Shown one piece after another: positions 1 through 11,830 of a DNA stretch of 64,000 nt. Location: NCBI GenBank assembly GCA_052327205.1, contig CM126204.1:126046001-126110000 (forward strand), given 5' to 3'. A program made the translations under genes and the position numbers. Under the pieces are notes generated by a model. The model was given only the letters and a program-made list of their open reading frames with translations, was not told the origin of the DNA and made no database searches. The stretch's first letter is position 1. Every line of letters starts with the position of its first letter. Origin of the DNA: Somniosus microcephalus (taxonomy: Eukaryota).

Positions 1-951
1 CATGTGTGTTGCCCGTAGAAGGTGGTGACGGGTCTCCCCCTTGAACCGCTGCAGTCCTTACCTTAGTTGCTGACTAAAGAATTTCTCCAATCAGTTTTAG
101 AACCTGCTAATCTTTGCTGTGCATTGAAGTTCAAGCTATCTGGACTGTTGAGATGCCTGATATTAAAGCCCCTGTTTTGAACCTTGGGCAGAAATGCAGT
201 GGTGCTGGCTGAGGGTGCAGACTTGCCTGCACTGGCAATTCACTCCTGATCAAATGAAGGAGTGAATCAAGAAAGATTATTTTCTCTGGTTGGGGAGTCA
301 GTGACAAGGGGTCATCAATTCAAATTGTCACTAAGACAGTGCATAGAGAAAAGTTAGAAAACATTTCTCTATGCAGATGGTTGTTGGAGCACGGAATGCT
401 TTGCCGCAGGGACCACTGCATCTTTAGAAATGCAAGTCTTTGTTTTTTTTACAGTGCCTTTCACGACATCAGACGTCCCAAAGTGCTTTACAGCCAATGA
501 AGTACTTTTGAAGTGTAGGCACTGTTGTAATGTAGGAAATGTGGCAGCCAAATTGCGCACAGCAAACTCCCACAAACAGCACTCCCTCAGCACTGCACTT
601 GAGTGTCAGCCTAGATTTTGTGCTTCAGTCCACTCAGAGGCGAGAGAACTACCAACTGAGCCATGGCTGGCACTGACTAATGGAAAATTAGATAAATAAT
701 TGGAAAGAGCAGGTCAGGGGAATTTGTTTTGGATTGCTCTAGCAAAGTGCTAGCAGAGACACAATGGGCCAAATGGTCTTCTGTGCAATATGGCTCTGCG
801 ATCATAATGATCAGCGCCTTTTCCTTCCACTTTCCCTTCGGAGTTTTTCCGTTTAATTGGCCTGATAGTATTTTTCTTGGTAATTGTAATTTAAAAAAAT
901 AACATTTACAAAACATTGATTTCATCAGAAACAAATAGGTAGCTGCTGTTA

Positions 952-2015
952 TAACAACAGAAAATGCTGGAAAAACTCAGCAGGTCAGGCAACATCTGTG
1001 GAGAGAAATTTGAGTTGACGTTTCGGGTTTGACCCTTCTTCAAAACTGGAGAGAAAAGGAACTAGATCGAAGGCAGGGCTGCGATCGGACAAAAGAATCA
1101 AACACGAGAAGGGAAACTGAAAGTAATGAAGATGAACAAGGTTGAAGAGCCAAACGGAGATCCCGTCGCAGAGAAGAGCAGAACTTCTTCAAGGTAGGCA
1201 TTCCTAGAAGAGGTGTGGCAGTGAACCAAACACTAGTACGATAGCAAAATACTGCAGATGTTGGAAATCCGAAATAACAACAGAAAATGCTGGAAAAACT
1301 CAGCAGGTCAGGCAACATCTGTGGAGAGAAATTTGAGTTGACGTTTCGGGTTTGACCCTTCTTCAAAACTGGAGAGAAAAGGAACTAGATCGAAGGCAGG
1401 GCTGCGATCGGACAAAAGAATCAAACACGAGAAGGGAAACTGAAAGTAATGAAGATGAACAAGGTTGAAGAGCCAAACGGAGATCCCGTCGCAGAGAAGA
1501 GCAGAACTTCTTCAAGGTAGGCATTCCTAGAAGAGGTGTGGCAGTGAACCAAACACTAGTACGATAGCAAAATACTGCAGATGTTGGAAATCCGAAATAA
1601 CAACAGAAAATGCTGGAAAAACTCAGCAGGTCAGGCAACATCTGTGGAGAGAAATTTGAGTTGACGTTTCGGGTTTGACCCTTCTTCAAAACTGGAGAGA
1701 AAAGGAACTAGATCGAAGGCAGGGCTGCGATCGGACAAAAGAATCAAACACGAGAAGGGAAACTGAAAGTAATGAAGATGAACAAGGTTGAAGAGCCAAA
1801 CGGAGATCCCGTCGCAGAGAAGAGCAGAACTTCTTCAAGGTAGGCATTCCTAGAAGAGGTGTGGCAGTGAACCAAACACTAGTACGATAGCAAAATACTG
1901 CAGATGTTGGAAATCCGAAATAACAACAGAAAATGCTGGAAAAACTCAGCAGGTCAGGCAACATCTGTGGAGAGAAATTTGAGTTGACGTTTCGGGTTTG
2001 ACCCTTCTTCAAAAC
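952..2015 (-). mobile_element. Tandem array (3.3 x 323 bp) of a non-autonomous Penelope-derived unit with hammerhead motifs (retrozyme-like)
   Basis: Identical 323-bp units (identical ORFs at 1040, 1363, 1686); TSD AGGTAGCTGCTGTTA at 937-951 and 2016-2030; shares sequence with the Penelope relic at 10560-11830. Confidence 0.8.
1013..1047 (-). ncRNA. Minimal type I hammerhead-like ribozyme motif (also 1336-1370, 1659-1693, 1982-2015)
   Basis: Minus strand reads AGUU-UUGAAGA-A-GGGU(CAA)ACCC-GAAA-C-GUC-AACU: stem I AGUU/AACU, stem II GGGU/ACCC, palindromic stem III, GUC site; C3 is replaced by U. Confidence 0.65.
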
Positions 2016-3499
2016 AGGTAGCTGCTGTTAGTTTTGCTTCCTAATTTTCGAACTACTTTTCAAATTTGTACTGCTACTTTTCACATTTTTAATGCCAATT
2101 CTGGCGCCAACCATTCTCTCCGATTCCTGCCACCTGCTGGAAATGTTAGTACAGTGAAGGGAGGTCGAATGTATTCTTCAGTTGTTCATGGGACACTAGT
2201 TTACACTCAACTTCCAAATCCTTAACCTGATTGAAACCCCCTGATTTAGAGGGAATTAGGTCAAAGGAGCAGGAGGTGGATCTCATGGACAAAATGAGCT
2301 CGGAGAGGGCATGATGGGAGAGAAAGTGGAGCAAGATACGGGTTTGGGGCTAAGTTAAACGGGAGCCTAGTGGCTATGGGAAAGGGGGTAAGCAGCAGAG
2401 GCAGCTGAAGAGATGGTCTCAATTTTAGTAATAAAGAACTCCATGAGGTCCTTGTACTTGTTGGAGGGGGTGAGGGGTTTATAGAGACTGTTGGTAGCGA
2501 AAAGAAGCTGGATGGTATCTTTGCATTCCAGGATAATCCTGGAGTAATAGGCAGTTTGGGGAGAGCAGAGTGCACTGATGGCATTTGATGTGGTCCAGCC
2601 AGATCTGGTAATGGATGTTTAAACCAGTTGTACCAAGCAACCACCACAAGCTCTGACAACAGACCCATTAAGTGTCCTCTTGGGTTGATACAACACGCTC
2701 ATGGGTATTCTCATTACCTATTGTACTTTATATCATCGATATGTGGGAAGGAGCGAATGATAAACTTTTAAGACGAGAGTTTCTCAAAGTGAGGAAACAC
2801 ATTGTAATCTATACTCCTGTTGCAAGACCTGTAACACTTTGAAAGCTTTAACACCGAACTTGCATCATAGAATGATACAGCACAGGAGGGCCATTGTGCC
2901 TGTGTTGGCTCTTTGAAAGAGCTATCCACTGCAGCAACTTGCCAAGTCTTCTTTGACAGCACCTCCCAAATCCATGACTTTTACCACCATGAAGGACAAG
3001 GGCAGCAGGCACATGGGAACACCACCACCTGCAAGTTTCTCTCCAAGTCACACACCAGCCTGACTTGAAAATATATCACCGTTCCTTCATCGTCGCTAAG
3101 TCAAAATCCTGGAACTCCTTCCCCAACAGCACTGTGGAACACCTTCACCTCACGGACTGCAGCGGTTCAAGAAGGCAGCTCACCACCACCTTCTCTGGGG
3201 CAATTAGGGATGGGCTATAAATGCTGGCCTTGTCTGCGATGCCCACATCCCATGAACAAATTTTAAAAAGTTCCACACCCCCTGCTTTTTCCGCATAGCT
3301 ACAGCTACGTGCTTCCTCTACATGTATTTATTTTTGGAAGTTGCTGCTTCCACCACCCTATAAATCTTGGTAAGAATGCAGCATTATTACATAGGAGTTC
3401 TGAGAATGTCTTATGATGCACTTCTTCGGTTACAAAAACACATGCTCTTGCGAAAGTTCTGCTTTAATTGCTTCACTCTGCATCCCACCCCAGCTCTGG

Positions 3500-4230
3500 C
3501 ACTCAGCTCAACTTGCCACGTGTTTACCGATGACGCAATCGGGGCACGTCGCACGGGTGGCGAAACAGGGGAGGGAGAGGAACGTGATAGCGCATGCGTT
3601 GATGATGGAGATGAACGTTACCGCGCATACGGTGATGACCGTTGAAAAACGTCATTGCGCATGGGTGGTGACCGAGCTGCGTTCTGGGGATTGATGTCTT
3701 TTCGGAGCCTGCGGCCGTTGTGTGAGTAGGGCCGGCTGACGTCATCGGCCTCCAACTCCCAGCATGCCGCGGGGCTCCGGCGGCGGCTTGTTATTTCCTG
3801 GTCGGACAGGTCGCCATTTTGGGCTGTGACTGATTCGGCCCGCACCTCGGCCACTCGTAGTTTCGGGCATTTTTTGTCCCCAAGTATTTTTCTTTTATTT
3901 CGACGTTTGGATTAAGAAACCGTTAAAAAAACACAGCTGACAAAAAATCCGGGGTTGAAAGTGATATGTCAACCATGAATCCCGAGTAGTAAGTGTCAGT
4001 TTCTTTTTCCTTTCTGTTTGGTTAAAAGCCGTCACCGAGTGACCGGTGAGCCGGGCCGGGCCTACAAGTTATTGGTTGGTGGGGGGGAAGTGTGAACAAA
4101 CTGCTTGGTTAAAAGCAGAGGTGAGGCGAGAATGAGAGAGAAGGGCGGCGCGCCTCCGGGCTTACCCCCAGCTGGCGGTGACACTCCCTGAGAGCCGGCT
4201 GTGAGCTTTTGGGGAGCCCAGAACAACAGC
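3500..4230 (+). promoter_or_regulatory. RAB1A: RAB1A CpG-island promoter and 5'UTR
   Basis: CpG-rich; GCCACGTG 3515-3522, NRF1-like GCGCATGCG 3590-3598, full CRE TGACGTCA 3737-3744, YY1-like CGCCATTTT 3812-3820. Confidence 0.75.
3966..3988 (+). CDS. RAB1A: RAB1A coding exon 1 (MSTMNPE-Y)
   Basis: ATG TCA ACC ATG AAT CCC GAG TA|gtaagt; matches the Rab1A N-terminus MSxMNPEY; canonical donor; lies in a CpG island. Confidence 0.95.
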
Positions 4231-4449
4231 TAGGCCGTTCAGAGGTGATGTCAGGAAGCACTTCACACAAAGGGTAGTGGAAATCTGGAACTGTTTTTCC
4301 CTCAAAAAAGCTGTTGAGGCCAGGGTTCAATTGAAAATTTCAAACTAAGATTGATAGATTTTTGTTAGGTAATGGTATTAAGTATTACAGAACCAAGGTG
4401 GGTAAATGGAGTTAAGATACAGATCAGCCATGATCTCATTGAATGGCAG

Positions 4450-5518
4450 AAAAGGCTGGAGGGGCAGAATGGCCTCCTCCTGCCCCCGTGTAACGGGCTG
4501 GAGGGGCAGAATGGCCTCCTCCCACCCCCCGTGTAACGGGCTGGAGGAGCAGAATGGCCTCCTCCCCCCCCCCCGTGTAACGGGCTGGAGGGGCAGAATG
4601 GCCTCCTCCCGCCCCCGTGTAACGGGCTGGAGGGGCAGAATGGCCTCCTCCCGCCCCCGTGTAACGGGCTGGAGGGGCAGAATGGCCTCCTCCCGCCCCC
4701 GTGTAACGGGCTGGAGGGGCAGAATGGCCTCCTCCCGCCCCCGTGTAACGGGCTGGAGGGGCAGAATGGCCTCCTCCCGCCCCCGTGTAACGGGCTGGAG
4801 GGGCAGAATGGCCTCCTCCCGCCCCCGTGTAACGGGCTGGAGGGGCAGAATGGCCTCCTCCCGCCCCCGTGTAACGGGCTGGAGGGGCAGAATGGCCTCC
4901 TCCCGCCCCCGTGTAACGGGCTGGAGGGGCAGAATGGCCTCCTCCCGCCCCCGTGTAACGGGCTGGAGGGGCAGAATGGCCTCCTCCCGCCCCCGTGTAA
5001 CGGGCTGGAGGGGGCAGAATGGCCTCCTCCCGCCCCCGTGTAACGGGCTGGAGGGGCAGAATGGCCTCCTCCCGCCCCCGTGTAACGGGCGGGAGGGGCA
5101 GAATGGCCTCCTCCCGCCCCCGTGTAACGGGCGGGAGGGGCAGACCGGCCTCCTCCCGCCCCCGTGCAACGGGCGGGAGGGGCAGACCGGCCTCCTCCCG
5201 CCCCCGTGCAACGGGCGGGAGGGGCAGACCGGCCTCCTCCCGCCCCCGTGCAACGGGCGGGAGGGGCAGACCGGCCTCCTCCCGCCCCCGTGCAACGGGC
5301 TGGAGGGGCAGACCGGCTCCTCCCGCCCCCGTGCAACGGGCTGGAGGGGCAGACCGGCCTCCTCCCGCCCCCGTGCAACGGGCTGGAGGGGCAGACCGGC
5401 CTCCTCCCGCCCCCGTGCAAGGGGCTGGAGGGGCAGACCGGCCTCCTCCCGCCCCCGTGCAAGGGGCTGGAGGGGCAGACCGGCCTCCTCCTGCCCCCGT
5501 GTAACGGGCTGGAGGGGC
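4450..5518. repeat. 42-bp GC-rich minisatellite (~25 copies) continuous with a CR1 3' tail
   Basis: Unit GGGCTGGAGGGGCAGAATGGCCTCCTCCCGCCCCCGTGTAAC; begins inside the tail of the CR1 fragment that starts at ~4240. Confidence 0.95.
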
Positions 5519-7114
5519 TCAAGCCCTGACAATCAATCATTAGCTGCTGACTACCCCCGCCTGTTGCAGGCAGGGCCCAGCTGTGTCCAGCTCTTTTCAG
5601 GCCTGTGTTTGCACGGGAAGAAATTCCTGGCTCCTGGAGATCCTCGTTTTGATGGAAAAAGCGGGTTAGTAAAGATCCAGATTTCAAACCGGGGTTGGTA
5701 GATGAAAGAGAGACACACGGACTGAGAGGAAAATTATATCTGGAGCAGTGTTTTGATCTGCACTTGTATGTAGGTTAGTTATTGACTGTTGGCAAATTTA
5801 GTTCCAGATAGCCAGTCTCTGAGGGTAAACCAATTCATTGCAACTTTTTGTTTTCCTTTATGAAATACAGTTGCTTTGAATGAACATATTAATGGACAAT
5901 CCAAAGTCGTGGCTAGGTTTTCCTGACTGAGTTGCTTAGTCATACTTGGCTATTTTTCAGATAGAAATGTGGAGCAAAGGTCCTCCTTGGTAAAACTAGT
6001 AGATTTCAATCCACATCATACTTGAGAAACTTGTCCTTTTACAGACAAACGAAAACAATTATTAAAATTCCTCTCTAGGGTTTAAGGACTAAAGTGACAG
6101 GTGAACAATCTTGTTGTTGATTTGCAGTTAATGGAAAATCATATATATATGAGCTGGTAAAGGTTTCTTTTAGTTTACTTTCCCTGGCCCATTCCAATGC
6201 GATTCACCCAGTATATTGGTCTAGGTCACATGGACCTTGCAAAATACTGAATACTAAACACAAGCAACTCCAGAATGCCAGCCCTATAGATGGAATTGAA
6301 CAGTAACATTGTAAGTGCTTTTTTGTAGCCTATAATTAAAAACTAGTTTAGCCTCAATATCAGTCAATATATGTCATTTTTTATTCACTACATGGCTAAT
6401 TTTTGGAGAAATGTACAGAGCTTACAAAATGTGCATGCCAGTGATGGGTGAGAGACTGGTTTGTCCATGCCTCTGCTCTCGAGTGGCCTGACAATACAGG
6501 TACTTCGTGTCTAGTCTTGCATAGAATGATGACTCCTTCGATGAGGTACTGGAGGACAGCTGGTGACGTGGATCAGTTCCTTGAAATGAGCCAATTAGAA
6601 AACTGTTTCTAACATGCTTAGTATGTTTAAGCAGTTTATCCAGAATTTGAACTAAGGCCTTTCAATTGTCATTTGGAATGGTTCACAATTAAATGATTAG
6701 CTCCATTGTAAAACAATGGCAGGTTAAGAGTGTTGAAATTTGCAAGTGTCCTGTATTATGTCACAACATCTATTAATACATGTTAAACAAAAGTAATGCT
6801 CCACCCAACAGCATTCATGTATCTTGAGAAATAATTCAAGATGTCTTTCCATTTGAGGCTGGTTTAAAGTTTCATCTCTGGCACTTCTGACAATGTAGCA
6901 CTCCCTCAGTAATACACCAAACAGTCAGCCTAGATTATATGTAAATCCTGGTGTGGGGCATGGAGCTGCAACCTTCTGCTTCAAAAGCTACCAGTGGAGC
7001 CATGCTGACACTTAAATTGAAGTGCTGACCAGTAAATGTGCAGTTGGATGGAAAGTGTGAAATTAAACATATCGGAGGTTTTGCTCTAACCTTTTTCTGT
7101 AACAATTCACAATT

Positions 7115-7876
7115 CAAATCGCTTTATTGGCATGATAAGTTACATCTTATGTTGCCAAAGCATCAAAATACATTTATGGTTTAGCACATAAACGCAGTTC
7201 TATTCATACAGTGTATAAACAGGTATATCCCTGAGTGTATAAATATCCATTCGCATTGTTTATATATATTTTCTTAGTTTACTGGTTGTCCCTCTGTTCA
7301 TGGCAAGCTGTAACATAGTGTGCCGCCAGTGTTACACAGCTTCTCTCCTCTCCCAGTAGGAATGGGAGTTTTTGGTTGTCATTCAGATTTCTGAAATCAG
7401 GGCATATTTGTGAGAATTTTTGGTAGAAATTCTCCCTGATGCCCTGATATTTTCCGCAGGCTGTGAGGAAGTGCATCTCTGTCTCCACTACTCCCTGACT
7501 GCAGTGAGAGCATATCCTGTCTTCTCTTGGCAGCCTGGTCTGCCTTTTTCGATCGCTAGGCTATGTTCGCTAAGTCTGTACCTTGTCAAGGTTCTTCTCA
7601 GTTTGTTATCCTTTACCATGGTCAGGTAATCAGCTATGTTGTATTGTCTGTTTAGGGCCAAGTAGCAATTGAGTTTGCTTTGGGTTTTTGTTGTTTCTGC
7701 CCAATATGTCCGATATTTTTCCTTTTGCTTAGCGACGATTGTGTTGGGTCGAATTCTTTGTGTTACCCTGTCTCTGTCCTGGGGCTGGTTATTGTTAGTA
7801 GTTACTTCACTGAGTCCCAGGACTAGTTGACTGAGGGTATTCTTCTTTATGGTCAGCTCTTGGCATTTCAGTAACA
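7115..7876 (-). mobile_element. 3' fragment of a LINE with a C-terminal CCHC knuckle (tentatively RTE-X-like)
   Basis: YRLSEHSLAIEKGR, ETEMHFLTAC; 3' end CATGCCAATAAAGCGATTTGAATTG; highly similar to 57248-58504. Confidence 0.8.
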
Positions 7877-8490
7877 ATGCCTGTGTCCCCCTGCCTCAGC
7901 CCACTTGCTGCTGAAACTCTCATCCATGCTTTTGTTCCCTCCAGACTCAACTATTCCAGTGTTCTCCTGGCTGACCCCCCATCTTTCACACTCCATAAAC
8001 CTGAGCTCATCCAAAACTTTGCCTGTATCCTAACCTGTACCAAGTCCCACTCGCCCATCACCCCTATGCTCGCTAACTAACATTAGCTCCTCCTCCACTA
8101 ACGCCTCGATTTAAAAATTTTCATCCTTGTGTTCAAATCCCTCCATGGCCTCGCCCCTTCCTATCTCCGTAACCTCCTACAACCCTCAGAGAACTCTGCA
8201 TTCAACTCTTGTGCATCCCCCCCCACTTTCTTTGCCGCACTATTGGCAGCCTGGCTTCAGTCGTCTCGGTCCTAACCTCTGGAATTCTCTCCCTAAACCC
8301 CTCCACCTCTCTCTCCATCTTTAAAAAGCTCCTTAAAACCTACCCCTTTGACCGAGCTTTCAGTCATCCATCCTAATATCTCCTCCTTTGGGTTGGTGTC
8401 AGTATTTGTCTGATTACGCTCAAGTCCTGTGAATAGCCTTGGAACGTTTTACTTCGCAAAGGTGCTGCATAAATGCACGCTGTTGTCCAG
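7877..8490 (+). mobile_element. L2-clade LINE 3' fragment (further relics ~2230-2640 -, 14200-14770 -, 15135-15490 +, 19165-20300 +, 38285-38705 +, 44950-45330 -, 59075-59310 -, 62835-63380 +)
   Basis: AETLIHAFVPSRLNYS...LIQN motif; L2 tail aaaggtgctatataaatgcaagttgttg. Confidence 0.8.
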
Positions 8491-8822
8491 CAGTGTGTAA
8501 AGGTGCTGCATAAATGCACGCTGTTGTCCAGCAGTGTGTAAAGGTGCTGCATAAATGCACGCTGTTGTCCAGCAGTGTGTAAAGGTGCTGCATAAATGCA
8601 CGCTGTTGTCCAGCAGTGTGTAAAGGTGCTGCATAAATGCACGCTGTTGTCCAGCAGTGTGTAAAGGTGCTGCATAAATGCACGCTGTTGTCCAGCAGTG
8701 TGTAAAGGTGCTGCATAAATGCACGCTGTTGTCCAGCAGTGTGTAAAGGTGCTGCATAAATGCATGCTGTTGTCCAGCAATGTGTAAAGGTGCTGCATAA
8801 ATGCACGCTGTTGTCCAGCAAT
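8458..8822. repeat. 41-bp minisatellite (~9 copies) at an L2 3' end
   Basis: Unit AAAGGTGCTGCATAAATGCACGCTGTTGTCCAGCAGTGTGT; first part resembles the L2 tail AAAGGTGCTATATAAATGCAAGTTGTTGT. Confidence 0.95.
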
Positions 8823-10559
8823 GCCAAAGTCTGAATTTGGGGTCATTTCTTGAATGGGTATACTTGGCATACAGATTGCAAATGTTGTATTTAAGAATAA
8901 CAAAATAATGCAGTTACAAAATTAATTTTGTGCAATATTTTATTGAAGTAATCACTTATATAATAAGTGATAACTCCTGCAAGATCTAACGGGAATTATT
9001 AGATAGACATACTAGATGGTCCGATAGTGTTTTCCTACTTGAAGTGTATTATGATATAGTAAATAGCTTGCATTAGAAAACAGGTAGAGATTTTACACAT
9101 TGAAGCAGCTTAATTTTTTTCTGAAAGATCCCTTTAGGGCAAGTAACTGAAATTGCACTTAATCTTTTTTATATTTTCCAAATACAGTACTGCATATTTT
9201 GTGTCGTGATGGCAAACTTTTACATTGACATTTGTTCTGTGAATTTAAGTAACTGAGAAAATGGCTTGTCTTTAACCTGGGCTTTGTGGGGGTGGGTGAT
9301 AGTTTTTTACACTTATGACAATTGCTACTATATTGTATTCATAAGAGACCTGCTTGCCACATGATGCTCATGTGATTTGATGGATTGCATTTATAAGCTT
9401 CAAAATACAGTCCAACTCATCTGAGAGAATTCAAATGGATTTGGCCATATTCTGAAGCTGATGCACGAGCAACATTAGGTGTTATTGTAATGTGCGTGTA
9501 TATATGATGTAACATGAAACCTCTGCACAGTGGATGGATGTCTTTTGACAGTGTTGGGAAAAGATGTATTTGTGTTTGTTTACTGAATGTATCCAGTCTG
9601 AAGCTGTAATCATCAGTTGCTGGGTTGGAGGTCAAGGGCACTTGATTATAAGTCATAACCGATTTGTCTTAACTGTATACTAATAGACCTTATTTGGAAT
9701 ATTTTGGGCACTCTGTGTTCTGGAAGGGCATTGCTGAGGGTTCAGACAAACATTACAAGTGGTTTTGGGACTGAGTTTTAAGATTTGAAGATAAGCTGAC
9801 AATTTATTTATTGAATAAATAAATTGAACAGGGAATGTGTTTAAAAGGATGAAGAGCATGCATATTGTAAAATGTAAACATGTTATTTAATCACTTGATC
9901 ACATAACTGAAGGGTGAGAGTATAAAAGGTCTGAAGTCTGAGTAAGCAAAGGAAGTGAGAGAATTCTATTTCTCCACAAGAAAACTCATCGAATAGACTC
10001 AAAGTTCTTGCTGAGTTGGCAAATTTTTAAAATAAGGATCTGTAATAATATACAGTTAATAGGATTTGGAGATTATAAAGATAGGGGTGTACGCAGACAG
10101 GGTTTAATAATGTTGATTATAATTCATGGTCTGGAAGATTTGTTTTATCTTGGAATTTTTACCTGTGGTCATTCACTATGCTGAAAGTCGATTCTAGCAC
10201 CTATTCTAGATTGGTTGCAAGGAACAGACCAAGGGATAGAAGCATAGTTCTTTGTTATGTAAATAAAGCTATGATGCCTTTTTTTGGTTGGGGGGGGTGG
10301 TGGAAAGAGTGAAAGAGGAGGGAATCAGGTTGATGTGTGCCTAAAATTCAGTGTAGATTTGATTTGCTTTCCCCTCCCTCTTTTTTCCCCACCCCCTTCT
10401 GCCCTTGCCCCACGAATCAATCTATGCATGAACTTGTTCCATAGACTACATGGTATTTTTGATGGCTCTGAACTCTCAAAAAGCAAGTACCAAATCTGGC
10501 ACCAGTAAACTTTTTCATCCATACATCTACTTCAATGTGGAATATACTGTGAACTGTGT

Positions 10560-11830
10560 AGTAAAAAGAGAAAATGCTGGAAATACTCAGCAGGTCAGGC
10601 AGCATCTGTGGAGACAGAAAATAAGTTAATGTTCTGGGTCGATGGCTTTTTGTCAGAACTTGAAAAAGTTGGAGGTTTAACAGGTTTTAAACAATTACAG
10701 AGGCAGGTAAGGGGGAGGGGAAGAAAGAACAAAAAGGAAGATCTGTGATAGGGTGGAAGGCAGGAGAGATTAAGTGACAAAGGGGATAAGAACATAAACA
10801 GGAGCAGGAGTAGGCCATACGGCCCCTCGAGCCTGCTCCGCCATTCAATAAGATCATGGATGATCTTCAACTCCACTTTCCCACCCAATCCCTTGATTCC
10901 CTTAAGAGTCCAAAAATCTATCGATCTCGGTGTTAAAAAGCAGTGACCAAAAGAAATTGATAAAATGTAATGTCTAGAAATTACTGCATGTGATAATGCA
11001 TTAATACCTGAACGAGTCGATGATGGTGCAAGACAAAAGGGGGTGGTAATGGGACAAGTAAAGAAACAAAAGATGGGTCTAGAGGAGGTTGAAATGGGAA
11101 TATCAGAATTATTACCAACAGCTGCTGTCCGGGAAAAAATGGGAGCAGTGGTTGTGACCTGAAATTGTTGAATTCAGCATTAAGTCCAGAAGTCACTTTA
11201 CTGTTGAGTCTGGAAGGCTGTCAAGTTCCTCTGTCTCAACATTGGGATGCTGTTCCTCAAGTTTACGTTGTTTCATTGGGACAGTGTGGGAGGCCGAGGA
11301 CAGAGAGGTCACAGTGGGAGTGGGGTGGAGAATTAAAATGACAGGTGACCGGAAGCTCGGGTCACGCTTGCGGACGGAACAGGGGTATTCTGCAAAGTGA
11401 TCGCCTTGGACAAGGGGAACCTTACCGTGGCTTTGGAAAGGAGGGGAAGGGGTGACAGCAGAAGTGTGGGTAATGCGATGGACACGGTCGAGGGCCCTGT
11501 CAACCACTATGTAGAGGAATCCTCAGTTGAGGACAAAGGGAGACATATCGGAAGCACTGGTATTGCATCATCAGAACAGATGACCGAGAAACTGGGAGAA
11601 TGGAATAGAGTCGGAAGCGAGGTGGGAGGAAGTGTAATCAAGATAGCTGAGGAGTCAGTGGGCTTTTAGTGGATATTGGTCGATAGCCCCAGAGATGGAG
11701 ATAGGAAAAGTTGGAGATGAACCATGTGAAGGCGAGGAAAGGGTAGAAATTGGAAGCGAAGTTGATGAAATTTTCCACTTCGGGGCGAGAGCAGGAAGCG
11801 GCACCGATAGTCATCAATGTACTGGAAAAA
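10560..11830 (-). mobile_element. Degenerate Penelope-like element (RT and GIY-YIG remnants, pLTR); CR1 tail inserted at ~10790-10930
   Basis: Minus-strand fragments LFFQYIDD (RT YxDD) and HFAEY...RKLEEQH...GLNAEFNNF (PLE GIY-YIG C-terminus); pLTR matches the 323-bp unit; decayed hammerhead at ~10622-10662. Confidence 0.75.

Noticed and set aside
1040-2012. Three identical 108-aa ORFs as a tandem gene cluster
   Set aside because: They start at non-ATG codons and only reflect the 323-bp mobile-element repeat.
4365-5701. Overlapping 384-440 aa ORFs
   Set aside because: Translations of the 42-bp minisatellite on both strands; no exon signals.
8458-8822. CRISPR-like regular repeat
   Set aside because: Units are contiguous with no unique spacers, there are no cas genes, and the context is a eukaryotic intron.
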